Positions 1-11,444 of a stretch of DNA of 64,000 nucleotides are shown here, piece after piece (positions within the stretch are counted from its first letter, which is position 1; each line of letters starts with the position of its first letter). A model generated the notes under the pieces. The model saw only the letters and a list, made by a program, of their open reading frames with translations. It was not told where the DNA came from and made no database searches. The position numbers and the translations under genes are program-made. This DNA is from Amoebophrya sp. A120 (taxonomy: Eukaryota > Protista > Dinoflagellata): positions 9,569,865 to 9,633,864 of the forward strand of contig CAJINV010000001.1 in NCBI GenBank assembly GCA_905178155.1, given 5' to 3'.

Positions 1-2687
1 AACCCGGTGGAGCAACCCGGATGCTGCAAAATTCCCGCTTTGACGAACTCCACCAGACTGGACCGGTAGGGTGCGGTCTCAAACCGCTTGGCCGACGACA
101 CCAGGCGGCACAGAATCGCGGCTTTCTGCGGACCATCCAGAGCTGCCCACCCGGGGTAAATCGCTTCCAGGGTGCTGCTCAGCGGGTTCTGTTGCTGCTG
201 CGCATTCATCAAGCGGCTGGGCTGCTCCGGATCTGTTGAAGGTTCTACTTGTTGAGAAGCAAACGTGGTAAAAGCGCCTGGCGATGAAGCAGCACTGCAG
301 TTCTCAATCACACCCTCCTCCCCGTTGTCCACGCCTCGTGCCAAAATTTCCTCCCCCTCAGTGATGCTCTGCACCCAAGCAGCGATCGGCGCCTTCCACT
401 TCTTTCGCAGATACTTGTTTCTGATCATGAAAACGTCCATAGCTTCAATCAAACACGGATTCGCAGGGTGGGAGGTCTGGCTCTCATCGGTTTGACGTCC
501 CCCTCCAGAAGAAGGCACGATTTTGTTCGTCACGCGAATGTCAGAGACATTCGTCACGTCGTAGTAGCCCAGCCAACGCATGATTTCCGCGATGTAGAGT
601 GCACTCTTTGTCGGTAACACGTGCCGCGCTAGCACGGCGTCACGAAACGTCGCAGTGAAGATTTCAAACGGACGCTCCACGTGCAGCGGAAATGTGTCTT
701 CCGCGCCACTGTAGACGCGCTGACGCAACCAGGGCCGGATCTTTTCGGACAGCGAGGCTCCGGCACTGGGTGATGCTGAAATTCCATCGCAAATTTGTGT
801 TTGCGGCGCCACCCGGTCACAGCCACTGCTTTTTTTCGATATGAAAGCACCAGTTTTTTCGGTTTGTACCAGGTCGCGAATTTTGTCGAAGCACAAATTC
901 ACCATGCCCTCGACATCCAGCTTTTCTCGTTCCGCTCCTTTCTTTGGCGTTAAGTTGACGTGCCCACCCGGCGACGTTCCTGTAAAGACACTTTTCTCGA
1001 GCAGATTCCTCCACGTGTAAATTCCACAATTCTCCAAAAACGTGGCCATGGCGGTCGGTGTCAGCGGCACTTCGGTTTCCGCCCGGTGCGAACGCTGCAA
1101 GTATCCGAAGCGAACCAAAACCGTCCCAACCGCAGCTGCTCTCGCATCCAAGGTTGCGAGCGCTGGCTCCTGCAAGAACGGCTGAGTCCAGGATGAATCA
1201 TCGGATTTTACTGCACGACCCTGGTATAATTCCTGCCCACGACGATCTCTGCTAGTACGGGCGGAATCCTCCGTGCTAGCTGTGCCGGTAGAGCGACCAC
1301 AGCTTGCTGTAGTGGTAGACTCGTCCGATCTTGGCTGAGCGGCTACGTGGCCGACTACCCGGTTTTTGGTGTTCTTCGATGCGGGTGGAATAAACCCTTT
1401 GTTGTCCGCAGCGAGCGACGTAGCCGTGTCCCCGCCGATCGCCCCGGGCTGATCTCGTGTCTCTTCAACGACAGGACCGCTTTGCAAATCGTCGGCACAC
1501 TCGATGAGAAAATTGCGGTTCTCTGGTCGAGCGGCAGCGCGGTTGAACGTGAATAGTTCCGTGCAGCACTTGCGCAGGTCTTCCGAGCGCCGCGTGCCAA
1601 GCCGTGCGGAATCAACCAACACGTAGCAAAGCGAGTCTTTCGCTTGCAGCCTGTTGTACAGCGGGATAAAGTCCAGGTCCCCGGAAACGACGACAAACCC
1701 GTCCGGGACTGTGGATTGCTTGTCGTTTTCGTGTTTCTCCGAAATCTTGTTCCCGGCAACAAGCACATCTTGCTGATGTTGCTTTCTCTGCCCATGATAG
1801 CCAATCGCCGCCTCCAGAGTGTCCATTGCCAGTGCGAGGTCTCCGGGGTCACGCAGACCGCCGGTGATGTTCTGCGGCACTTGCACCCGAACAGGTACCG
1901 GAAACGGACCGCACTCGTTCACTTTCGCTTGCCAGTGCTTGTATTCGCCGCCCTGTCGATAGTACGTCGCGCACTGAACGCGAATGCCTTTGCCTTGGAG
2001 CAACTCGAACACTTGGGGAATGCACCTGTCGTTGGGTGATGTCATGGGAATGGATTTATTCGTCCGTCGCGCGAAGAGCAACTTGTTTTTCTTGTAGATA
2101 GAGAAACAAAAAACCTAAACCCTAAAGTAGAAGTCCGGAAAAATAAAGAGCTTCAATTTCTGCTTTGATGATCTGGCACTTTTTTTATCTCCTTCTTACC
2201 TCGGTGAAATCTGGTCACCGTCGATGCGCACATCGACTAGCTTGCCCTGCGTTGGTGGTGCTGCCGAACTTCTGACATCAACTGCTACAGAAACAGCAGC
2301 GTTTTCTCCTGATGCGGCTCTACTATCACCAGCATCAACAGCACGCCGTGGACTTCTTTGGAGTTCTTCCTTCACTGCGGCGGTGACATCCTCGTGGACA
2401 CGACCGTCGTTGGTCGACATGTGCAGTTGCGAAACCGGGTCGATTTTCCCACTGAGAAAAGACGACTGCAGCTTCGCTGCGTTTGCCAGTGCACGCGGAG
2501 TGGTCGGCTGCGGCAAATGGGTCTGATAGTGAAGACTCGCTGCATCCTGAAACGACACAGACGTCGCACTTGCCGCCCTTGGTGTCGTCGGTTGCGCCAC
2601 ATCGGACTGCTGTCGGACAGTGGACGCGGCACCACGTCTGGACGTGAGGTAATACCTCCAATTCCGACGCAGAGTAGCGGACATCAT
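1..2687 (-). CDS. NYN (PIN-like, LabA/DUF88/MARF1-type) domain putative ribonuclease; 3' end runs off the window
   Basis: Exon 1 (ORF 2196..2687) ends VDVRIDGDQISPR at an AG|GTAAG donor. Joining across a GT-AG intron at 2026-2199 gives CIPQVFELLQGKG...DLALAMD...FVVVSGDLDFIPLYNRLQAK...SEDLRKCC, matching the NYN acidic motifs (IDxxN/Q, D-x-x-L-x-x-D, SGDxDF). The frame appears to stay open towards position 1. Confidence 0.75.
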
Positions 2688-4265
2688 CTTTTCAAAGCTT
2701 GGGCTTGGCGACGAGTCGAGTCTTAGTACCTACTCCTCTAGCAATAGCCCTCTGATAACATCATCATGAACTTTCGGGCCTAGACTACATCTTCTAAACC
2801 AAAGAAACCATGGGATCTTTGGCTTGATGAGATACCCATAGGCATAGTACCACAAGCACAACGTTCAAGCTGATGCACACTAACTTGCATCACGGTGGCA
2901 CTGCTCCATCAATTTTTAGAAAAAAAAATTGCTCCTGCAGAACATGTTTATTGCAAATGCAATCACATCGGAAAGCCAAAATAGAAATACCAGCTGCTCA
3001 GAACCTGGATCGCCTTCGTTCTAAAATTGCAAGCTAGCAAAGCTTAAGCTATAAATAGTCATCGTCATGGTGCTAGAGGGATGAAAATGATAAAAAATGC
3101 CACTGCAAAAGCAATTCTTCATATCAGGACCATGACCGTATAAAGGTACAGAAGCAAGATCGTTGCGAAAGAAGGGATGAAAATGAGGATCGCTTCAAAA
3201 GACAAACTGCGGTCGACTTCGACTTCGACACAAAAAGCAACCTTCATCGACTAGCATGAGGAAAGTATCTGTGACGAACAAAGACAACAAAAGCAGAATC
3301 AGGTAGGTCGCGGGCAGCAAAAAAAAATTTGTTGCGGAAAATTTAGCTTTACCTTCAGAACACTGCATAGGGATAAATGCATTTCTTACGCCCGCAGGGC
3401 CCCGCTTGTTGGTGTCACGCCATGTAGCTGTTTCGAAATACTAGAAATATGAAACCTTTTTATTGTGCGCACTCTAACCTAAATCTTTTCAGCGAACTTT
3501 CGCTGGCATTTCTTCTTTGTATTAATTTACAAAAAGCATATCGTACAATACCGCCAGCGCCAGGGCCAGCGAATCAACTATCCCTATCTAAACTTATAAG
3601 ATTAAAGGAGGTTGAGGTTCCCTCCTGTGCGGTTTCTCTAGTATCAAACGCTACATACTGGAGCCTTTTTTTGCAGTCGCAGAGCCTGAACACTTCTCAG
3701 AGAACGACGTGGTGAAGATTGCAGAGAGTCCAACTTTCTTCGGATGAAAGTAAAACATTGATTTTCCCATTGATTCATAGATGATAAAAATGTTGATGAT
3801 GGTAAACTAAACCATACAAAATGAAAGCCACCAAATCTTCTCTGGGCTTTTCACATTCGAAACACAAATCTTCATTAACATATCTTCTATCAAGCCCGAT
3901 CATGTATCAAGACGGGCAACATTATATCATTATTCATTGTCATTCTGACGGACTTTCAGAATAAAACTTCCACACCGAGAGGTAAAACTGTGATGCAGCT
4001 ACCCGTGATCATAATTCCTGCGGCCATTTTTGTCACCCTCGATGTTCAGCAGGCACTTTAGGCAGCATCCATGATCATAGAGAGGCTGCCTGTGCGTCTC
4101 GAACTCGAAGTCAATCGGTGCAGAGGCAAATTCAAATATAAAGTAAACACCGGTCATAAAGCGTCGGCTGCTCCTCGTGCTCCTCAACCCGATTCTACAT
4201 TTCCTTATTGCTAGCAACTATCTCAAGATTATGCCCCCGCGTCCATTTCTTCAGGATAGTACTAC

Positions 4266-4513
4266 TTTCGACAGGTTCCGGCGCAGTGGTACCAGCCAAA
4301 TCTTTTCCATCGGCACCTGGAACAAAAATCATGTTCTGCGGATTTGCCTTCCCACTTGTGTGCATTCTTCCACCATTCGCTGCAAGCCGCCTCGGGATTG
4401 TACCCCCAACTGACGTCCCATTCATCGATCTCAAACATAAAGGGTTTGAAATCGCGTCTCTTCAGCGCGGGTTGCAGCGATCCGGCTAGCCAAGAGCGAT
4501 CATCTTTGTCTTT
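4266..4513 (-). CDS. Probable second exon of the PhyH-like gene (Trp/Cys-rich: KDKDDRSW...CSEWW...CSRCRWKRFGWYHCAGTCRK)
   Basis: TTTTACAG acceptor at 4514, in phase with the 4782 donor; open frame to a GT at 4265. More small exons may follow at about 4000-4160 and 3350-3700. Confidence 0.4.
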
Positions 4514-4767
4514 CTGTAAAATTTCAATAAACTTGTTGAATAGGGTTGTTCATGATGAGGATTATGTCCGATTGGCACCACGATTGCAATACTCAAAAGG
4601 CTTCCACTGAATGAATCAGAAGAACTCGCGGCAAACTTGTTCGTTTTGTGCGTTATTTTTGTTCCTACTTGTTTTGATTTTGGCGAAACAAGATAGCTGC
4701 ACTACCATCAGAGCGACCACGAAAAGTTCGTCCGGATCAGCCGTGCGTAGTGTTTTCAAAGAAGCAA

Positions 4768-6300
4768 TTATGGTACTCGTACCTCTTTCTTGACCCCAAG
4801 CGCATTCAAATTCCAGTAGGTTTCGAAGCGTGAGGCGAAGCGCGTTTTACTGGAAAAGTTCTGCGTGGTCGTGTGAACCAAATTGGGGTGCATCACCACC
4901 AGGTCCCCGGCCTTGACGCCCCATGTGTTGCGGCGCCTCGTGTACCAGGAAAACTCGCTCCAGTGGGACGTGCCATTTTTCGACCTTCCAGCTTGGAAGT
5001 ATTTCAAGGCTGCTCCCGCAGCCGGGCATGACACCTTGATGTTATCCCTGCCGATAGCCTCCTTAAAAAATCTCCACCACCTGCTACCCTGGTTTGACTT
5101 CATTCCGGCCGCACTCTTGTCCGGGTCCGTCTCTTTCCACCACTTCACGCGGCCTGGGTAATCATCCCACCGGTTGGCCACACGGTTCCGCAGATCCGCG
5201 ATGAGGTACCAAAGCAGCTTGTGAGACTTGTCGACGATCCCCGTGCCGCCACCGACCGGAGTCTCGATATCGCGGTAGATTGGCAATGTCACCAGTGATA
5301 GCGAGTGCATATCCGACCAACCATTCAATTTGGGGAACTGCTGCCAGTTCCAACCGTTCTCACCTGTCTCGTCCGGTTCCAGTGTCTGCTGGTCAATGTG
5401 CCAGTGTTCACCTTCCTGAGTTTCGCGCATTGCCGCCTCACTCCACGGATCGTGTCGACGGGCATTTTTATCAACGGGATAGCGCAGCGTCCACCTCTTT
5501 TGCACGCCGTTGCTTGGGGTAAACGCAAGACTTTGGTCGGGCACTGCCTCCCCGTTGTCGTCTGTTTCCTGCGTGATTGCTTGTTCGGACTGGAGCACCC
5601 AATAAGACACCTCGTTCGCATCTTTTGCCTCTCTACCGTCCATCCGCAACGGCAGCCGTCCGTTTCTCTGTCCGTGCACACGGTCGAAAAACTTTTGCAC
5701 GATCGGAGAGAGCGCCAGTTCTTTTTCGGTCCAGATGATCTTTTTGCTTTTCGCCTCGTGCTCTCTTTCGGACAGGAGCTTCCACCCGCGGATGGCCGGA
5801 TGCTTCTTCGCTACCTTTTCGCGAATTTCCTTCTCCACCTTCGGCATCAAACGCTCCATTTTTTCCGCAAAGTTCTTCGTTTCCGTTTCGAAAGTGTCGC
5901 GTGTCTCCCACTCGGGAACGCGAACATGCTGCCATGTATCGGCGTACGGCCGCGGCTCGTCATTCATTGCCTCCCTATTCGAGGGAATGACGACTTTTTC
6001 GACGTACTCCTTCACCGCGTCTTCGGGACGTTTCGTGCTGCCTTTCTTAAACTGCGGGTGGTTTTCCGGCAGGCGACTGCCGCCGAACGCACGCGGAATC
6101 CGCACCCAGCCTCGCTCTGCAAACGTTTTAGCGAGTTTCTCCACTTCCTCGTCGAGATGCGCCAGGTAAGTCTGCGCGTCATCAGACAGGTGCCCCTGCT
6201 TGCTCGCCACGGTCAGAGCGGCTGACGGGGTTACGGATGTTGACATCAAGATACCAAACGCCGTCCAATAGACAATAAACACAGCGACTTTAACCTTCAT
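4768..6300 (-). CDS. Phytanoyl-CoA dioxygenase (PhyH)-like 2OG-Fe(II) oxygenase with hydrophobic N-terminal signal peptide (main exon)
   Basis: Motifs FAERGWVRIPRAF, HWHID (HxD), GGGT and GDLVVMHPNLVHTTTQNFSSKTR (distal His, Arg) are typical of PhyH-family enzymes. ATG at 6300. A probable donor GAG|GTACGA at 4782 suggests further exons downstream. Confidence 0.7.
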   Translation of the reverse strand: MKVKVAVFIVYWTAFGILMSTSVTPSAALTVASKQGHLSDDAQTYLAHLDEEVEKLAKTFAERGWVRIPRAFGGSRLPENHPQFKKGSTKRPEDAVKEYVEKVVIPSNREAMNDEPRPYADTWQHVRVPEWETRDTFETETKNFAEKMERLMPKVEKEIREKVAKKHPAIRGWKLLSEREHEAKSKKIIWTEKELALSPIVQKFFDRVHGQRNGRLPLRMDGREAKDANEVSYWVLQSEQAITQETDDNGEAVPDQSLAFTPSNGVQKRWTLRYPVDKNARRHDPWSEAAMRETQEGEHWHIDQQTLEPDETGENGWNWQQFPKLNGWSDMHSLSLVTLPIYRDIETPVGGGTGIVDKSHKLLWYLIADLRNRVANRWDDYPGRVKWWKETDPDKSAAGMKSNQGSRWWRFFKEAIGRDNIKVSCPAAGAALKYFQAGRSKNGTSHWSEFSWYTRRRNTWGVKAGDLVVMHPNLVHTTTQNFSSKTRFASRFETYWNLNALGVKKEVRVP

Positions 6301-7428
6301 CTTCAAGAAAAGATCTTTGAAGCAAATACCGTGAGAGAAAAAGCTTTTATGTATGCCGAGGGTCCAAATTTGTTCAAAATAATTGGAAACGCGTCAGCCA
6401 GTTGAGCGAACTAGGTGTGGCGTTTCCCAGATGTTTGGCGAGCAGCAATCCAGCGCTTGCGATCCACACTTGTCCTCAACAAAGTAAAGTATTTCTATTT
6501 ATTGCGCGCATGCTGGCATGACAAGAAAAACCTGCGATACCATCAAGATGTGAACCTCGTCCATCAGCTCTCTTTTGTTTTATAGCTCAAGACTCTTCAT
6601 TTATGATTAAGCATGATACACATCACGCATGCAGATCTCATCGGTCTGGATCGTCTACAGTAGTTCAGCAGCTGCTTCTTTCTCTTTGCTCAAGTTCAAG
6701 ATCCTCGCATCGCATAAATAGGAAAGAGATCTACGACGTCTGTCTGAAAACATCATAATGAAGTTCAAACTAAACATCTCGAAAAATATAGCATTGCATC
6801 ACCGACCTGTCTGCCGATAATATTTCGAATGCGCAAAATTACTTTGTTCCACCGTGCTGCGCGTAATCCAGGGCCCAGCTTCTCGGCGCTGACGCTGAGT
6901 GCGCCACACTGAGCGACATATAAAGCCTGACCGTTTTCATCAATGTTAGCGCTTTCGTTCTTCCCGTCGATCTATGACTTATGGATCTAAGTACTTTAAC
7001 TTTTGCTGCTGGAACATTACTACGCAGTGTTGCCACGGATATGTTGCATCAATCCCGCATCTTTACATTTTCAGATGTACGAACGGAACTGAAGTCGTGC
7101 ACTGTGTCTTTTTCCCTTGAATTATGATTATGACGCTTCTACTTCTATTTTCTTCTTACATTCCTCTATCGTATTCCCACACCTCTTTACTGCTTTCAGC
7201 TCAAAAAGGAAACGAAACTAAACAAGCTTAGACCACTTACACATCACATGCATATGCACATAACACACCTGAATTTCTGCTGATAAAACAGCTCATCAAA
7301 TCAGGCCTGTCGGCTGAAGATGTAGATGTAAGTAACTTAAGATAAAGAACTATTGAATTTCGACGAGCTCCCACGCTCTTCGACTTTTCAAAGCGACATA
7401 AGCTGCGCAGCAATAAAAACTTTTACTT

Positions 7429-7773
7429 TCATACTGCACTCTTGGTGTTCGCGTTAGCAGCAGGGCCCTCCGAAGTAGTTTGGTCTTCCTCTGCTTCCTT
7501 CACCCGGTTTCCACTGGTGTCGAAGGGATTTGACGGGTCAAACAAATGCTGCGCCATCCCGTGCTGGGTTTGCATCCGGATATACAACACGCAGTACACC
7601 AGAAGGCAGACAGCTCCGATAGTCACTGCACCCTGAGTAACGAAATAGATGCCCGCGATCATCAACAACGCTTGGATTCCGACGTCGCGGAGGCATCCGG
7701 GCGTGGCGTCTTCCAACGGGTTCACGAAAACACGGGTCCGGGGAAGCAACGGCTCCTCGAGGGATGTCGCCAT
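7429..7773 (-). CDS. Small hypothetical membrane protein (114 aa, two hydrophobic helices)
   Basis: ATG-started ORF in the common gene orientation; hydrophobic stretches IQALLMIAGIYFV and AVTIGAVCLLVYCVLYI. Confidence 0.55.
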   Translation of the reverse strand: MATSLEEPLLPRTRVFVNPLEDATPGCLRDVGIQALLMIAGIYFVTQGAVTIGAVCLLVYCVLYIRMQTQHGMAQHLFDPSNPFDTSGNRVKEAEEDQTTSEGPAANANTKSAV

Positions 7774-8267
7774 GATTACAGATTGTGCAATTTATTTTCT
7801 TCAAAGATAATATCTGTAAAAAATCTTCTTCGTCTTCTTGAAGCTCTAGCTCTTTTTACCGCTCTACTAACATCCGAGAACAAAGAGAAACAGAAACAAG
7901 CCCGCAAACTGAAGACAGCAAGAGCCAACCTGCTCTACACCTCTCTCTACACTTCGAAACTGGTTGGCACTTGTGCGCACCTAGGGGCTAAACGAACAGA
8001 CACCTCCTATGGTGGTGATGCCGTATCGAAAACGAAATGGTCTTCAGATACAGCTGAAGATTAGCCGCGTTCGCAAAAAGACGCGCCAAATGGAGACGGC
8101 TTCAATTCCCTCTCCTGTTGTGCTCACCAGAAAAACTGTCTCAAAATTTTGTGTTTGTAGAATCATCGTGCTCATATTGAGATTCAAATTTGCGACGAGT
8201 TTCAATTGCGGCGAGGGCTCGTTCCCCTTTCCTTTTCGCCTTGCTCTCGGCGCAGCGTATCTATCAA

Positions 8268-11200
8268 TTACGAATGAGCGCGCACTCCTTCCAGGGTGGC
8301 TTCTACGAGATCGATGTCTTCTTCTGAAAGCTTGTACCTTTTGATCCACAGTTCCCACAGCCAATCAAGGTCGGAGGGTTTGCCTTTCTTATGGTGCGAG
8401 CGGAACTCCTGCACGAGCTCGAGAGTGTCGCCCAGCGACTCGAGACAAGCCCGGTCCCTTCGTAAGGGTAATGGAAAAACGAGTGCTGATGCTGAAGGTG
8501 AACTCCGAGTAGAAGAAGTCGCCGTGGTCGACTCCGTGCTGTAATCAGAATCGCTCGTGCAGTCGGAATTGTCATCGTCGCTCTCTACTCCTCCACTCGA
8601 GACGCTAGACGAGTCGTCGGACTGCTCGTGTTCCACGTCGCACTCGTCCTCACCTTGAGCACCAAGTACGACTTCTGAAGCAAGCAACTCGCTCGCTTGT
8701 GCCGCGAAGTAGGAAGAGGTCTCCGCATCTGCAAAACGATGAGTCCATTTCCACAAGATCGCGGAGGATTTGCGTTTGCCTTGTGATTCTAAATGCTTGC
8801 CCCAGACCTCCTGTCGTTCTTGTGACTTCGCGAGCTCCAGGAAGGTTTGCAGCTTCTTCCGCTCCTTTTTTTTGACCTTGTTTTTCGACTTCGTCTTTTC
8901 ATCCGCAAGAGCTTGGAACTTTGCGGACTCCTCGTCCGTCAAGCTATCGAACTCACGGAGCAGGGCGAAAATGCGGACCTCATACTTCGGGAAGAACTCG
9001 TCCAGGTCTCCGGAGAACAGACCTTTGCGGTACGCGTGGACTTCACGCACTTGGTGTGGCAAGGTTGCCCCCTCGTCGAAGCCGTGGAAGTCGAATTTCT
9101 CGAACCAAGTGGTGATTTGGTTTCGCATCTTTTTCCAATCTGCGAATATCGCCGAAGGAGTCAAATCCCTGCGGTTCGGGTTGCACACCTCACGCTCCGG
9201 TTTCCCGTCCCCCATATCAACGGTGGTGCAGTACGGCTCCGAGGAAGCGTCGTCGACAAAATTGCTTTCCAACCAGTCCTCCATACAAACCCCATTGATT
9301 CGAATCGTTTGAATCGCCACGAGAAGCTCATGGCACCACAACCGCAGTACTTCGCGACAAACCGAAGTGACTGCGAAACACCCAAGGCACATTGTTGCTC
9401 GGCCCGTCATGTTGCATTTTTCTGGCACAATGTCCGCGTCCTTATGCGTCTGGCACATGCGGTAAAACAAAATCACGGGGGCGAAAAACATGAAGGCGAG
9501 ATGCGTGGCTTCGTGGTAGTATTGCTTCGACTCGCAGTCTGTGCTGGGGGTTCTCTTGACATTCCATTTCCCGGTTCTGAATGGTTGGTTGATTCTGGTT
9601 GCGTAATGTAAGGCACGGAGCAGCAGGAATGATGATTCGCTTGTAAGGACCGCTGTATCTATCGCGGAGTCGACTAGGTTGTATCGGTCCATACAGCTGC
9701 ACAAGCGCGTGCCCCCTGCGTGGCCGGATACACGGAAGGCATCGTACAGAGAGAGAATCACAGATTCCCATCCAGTGTTTGTGATCAAGAGCTGTTCGTT
9801 CCACAAATTCTTTAACGGCTGTTGAGGCATGGAGTTGCCATAGCCGGGAAAAAAGTTTTTAAGGTTTTTCGCTCCAACGTCCGCGATCTGGAAGAATGGG
9901 TCCGCCAATGTCGCCACGAGAAAACCCGCGTTAGCATTCTGTTTGTCCTGCGTCAGAGCTTGCCTCGCAAAAGAAGACCGCTCAATGATTGTGCTGCGTT
10001 GGTGGTTCCAAAGATATTCGACCATTGCAGAGGTGCCCAAGACCGCCTTGCATTTGCTCTGGATCTGCGACATGAAAACCAAAACACTGCGTAAAAAGCT
10101 AAGCGACTCACGTTGGGCGAGATATTTTCTCTGCATCTTCTCCACATCGTAACAATCTGGACACTGACAGTCGTTCAGTTGGCGAACTTGCGTCATCGTG
10201 TCCTCCGCTGTGTCGAATGCCGCTGCGTAAACAGAGGCGTCTTCGAAAATTTTGATAATGTTGTCCACGTAAGTCGAAGTTGTCGCTGCCGTCATTTCTG
10301 GTAATTTGCCCACACCAGCTGTGGCACGCTTGCGCGTCGTTTTTCGCTCCTTGGAAGCGATTTCGGAGCCGAATGCTTCGTAAACATGATACGCGAGCGC
10401 TTCACTGGGAGGCCATCGCATGGAACTAAGACTCAACACAAAGTGCGGCTGCAACATTTCCACAAAGTCGGATACGGAAATTAACCGCCACACGGTAACA
10501 AGTTCTTCAAAAAGGAAAGCCACTTGCAGCACAACACGCCGTTCTAGTTCCTCCAAGGTGATGTTATCCAGTTGCTGACCCTGGGCTGCTGCGTTGACGT
10601 GTCTGACTCGAAGTCTCCCCGCCGTCTCAATCTGCTTCTTGTGATCCCTCACCAACGCGGCCACGAAGTCCTTGCACGTGCTGCCGATCCTGCAAGAGTC
10701 GCGCTCGCGCCACCAAACGCTCCTCATCTTATCGAGGTACGCGAACACTTTTTTAATGCACTGCTCTTGGTCATTTGCTCCAAACTCGTAGTGCGTCAGC
10801 GCAAGCTCCTGTAGCGCATTGACATAATAAAACTCGAGGTCCTGCAGACACGGCAGCGCTTCGTCAAATCGCGGGCGTTGCTTTCTGTAGCTCTTGAGTA
10901 TCGTGGACTCCAGAAGCGAAACTGCACTGGCGTACTCACCTTTACCGAAGAAGACCAAAACTTTCTCTTCCAGGTCAGAAAAAGTTTTTTGCTCCGCTGT
11001 CAAAGCTGTCTCTCGCCTGGCAGCTGCGGCGACGTAGAAGGCTTCAACGTCCTCAGCTCGTTCGGAGTAAGTCAATGCAGTGACGGAGCGGTCAATCCAC
11101 GGCTGAGGAGCGACGGCTGCGATGTGTGAAGATGTATCCAGTTTTCCCGTTCGCTCTCGCCGACTCCTCGTGGCCATCCGCCCATCCTGCAGCGGCTCGT

Positions 11201-11444
11201 CTGGGTGTCGCGCATCAGTTTGTCCGTCTTGTTGATACCGCGTCACCACTTCCACCCCTTCTTCCGCATGCTCTATACTTTGCAGCACATGCCGCAAAAC
11301 ATCAATTCGTACTTTATGATCGTGCACGGGCACTGGAATCCGGCCATGTCCTTCTCGGTGCAACATGTGATGGGACCCGCGAATCGTTTTCACCGACCAC
11401 CCTTTTGCGTTGCAGAGCCGGAAAACCCTGTCGGAACGGATCAT
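8268..11444 (-). CDS. 1058-aa intronless protein with N-terminal HicA (YcfA)-family mRNA-interferase-like domain followed by a large helical region
   Basis: Residues 1-58 MIRSDRVFRLCNAKGWSVKTIRGSHHMLHREGHGRIPVPVHDHKVRIDVLRHVLQSIE show the HicA pattern GW-x5-RGSH ... (V/I)PxH ... C-terminal helix. The remainder is helical, with a TPR-like segment (GKGEYASAVSLLE), a CQCPDC motif and an acidic/Ser-rich stretch near the C-terminus. Confidence 0.75.
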   Translation of the reverse strand: MIRSDRVFRLCNAKGWSVKTIRGSHHMLHREGHGRIPVPVHDHKVRIDVLRHVLQSIEHAEEGVEVVTRYQQDGQTDARHPDEPLQDGRMATRSRRERTGKLDTSSHIAAVAPQPWIDRSVTALTYSERAEDVEAFYVAAAARRETALTAEQKTFSDLEEKVLVFFGKGEYASAVSLLESTILKSYRKQRPRFDEALPCLQDLEFYYVNALQELALTHYEFGANDQEQCIKKVFAYLDKMRSVWWRERDSCRIGSTCKDFVAALVRDHKKQIETAGRLRVRHVNAAAQGQQLDNITLEELERRVVLQVAFLFEELVTVWRLISVSDFVEMLQPHFVLSLSSMRWPPSEALAYHVYEAFGSEIASKERKTTRKRATAGVGKLPEMTAATTSTYVDNIIKIFEDASVYAAAFDTAEDTMTQVRQLNDCQCPDCYDVEKMQRKYLAQRESLSFLRSVLVFMSQIQSKCKAVLGTSAMVEYLWNHQRSTIIERSSFARQALTQDKQNANAGFLVATLADPFFQIADVGAKNLKNFFPGYGNSMPQQPLKNLWNEQLLITNTGWESVILSLYDAFRVSGHAGGTRLCSCMDRYNLVDSAIDTAVLTSESSFLLLRALHYATRINQPFRTGKWNVKRTPSTDCESKQYYHEATHLAFMFFAPVILFYRMCQTHKDADIVPEKCNMTGRATMCLGCFAVTSVCREVLRLWCHELLVAIQTIRINGVCMEDWLESNFVDDASSEPYCTTVDMGDGKPEREVCNPNRRDLTPSAIFADWKKMRNQITTWFEKFDFHGFDEGATLPHQVREVHAYRKGLFSGDLDEFFPKYEVRIFALLREFDSLTDEESAKFQALADEKTKSKNKVKKKERKKLQTFLELAKSQERQEVWGKHLESQGKRKSSAILWKWTHRFADAETSSYFAAQASELLASEVVLGAQGEDECDVEHEQSDDSSSVSSGGVESDDDNSDCTSDSDYSTESTTATSSTRSSPSASALVFPLPLRRDRACLESLGDTLELVQEFRSHHKKGKPSDLDWLWELWIKRYKLSEEDIDLVEATLEGVRAHS

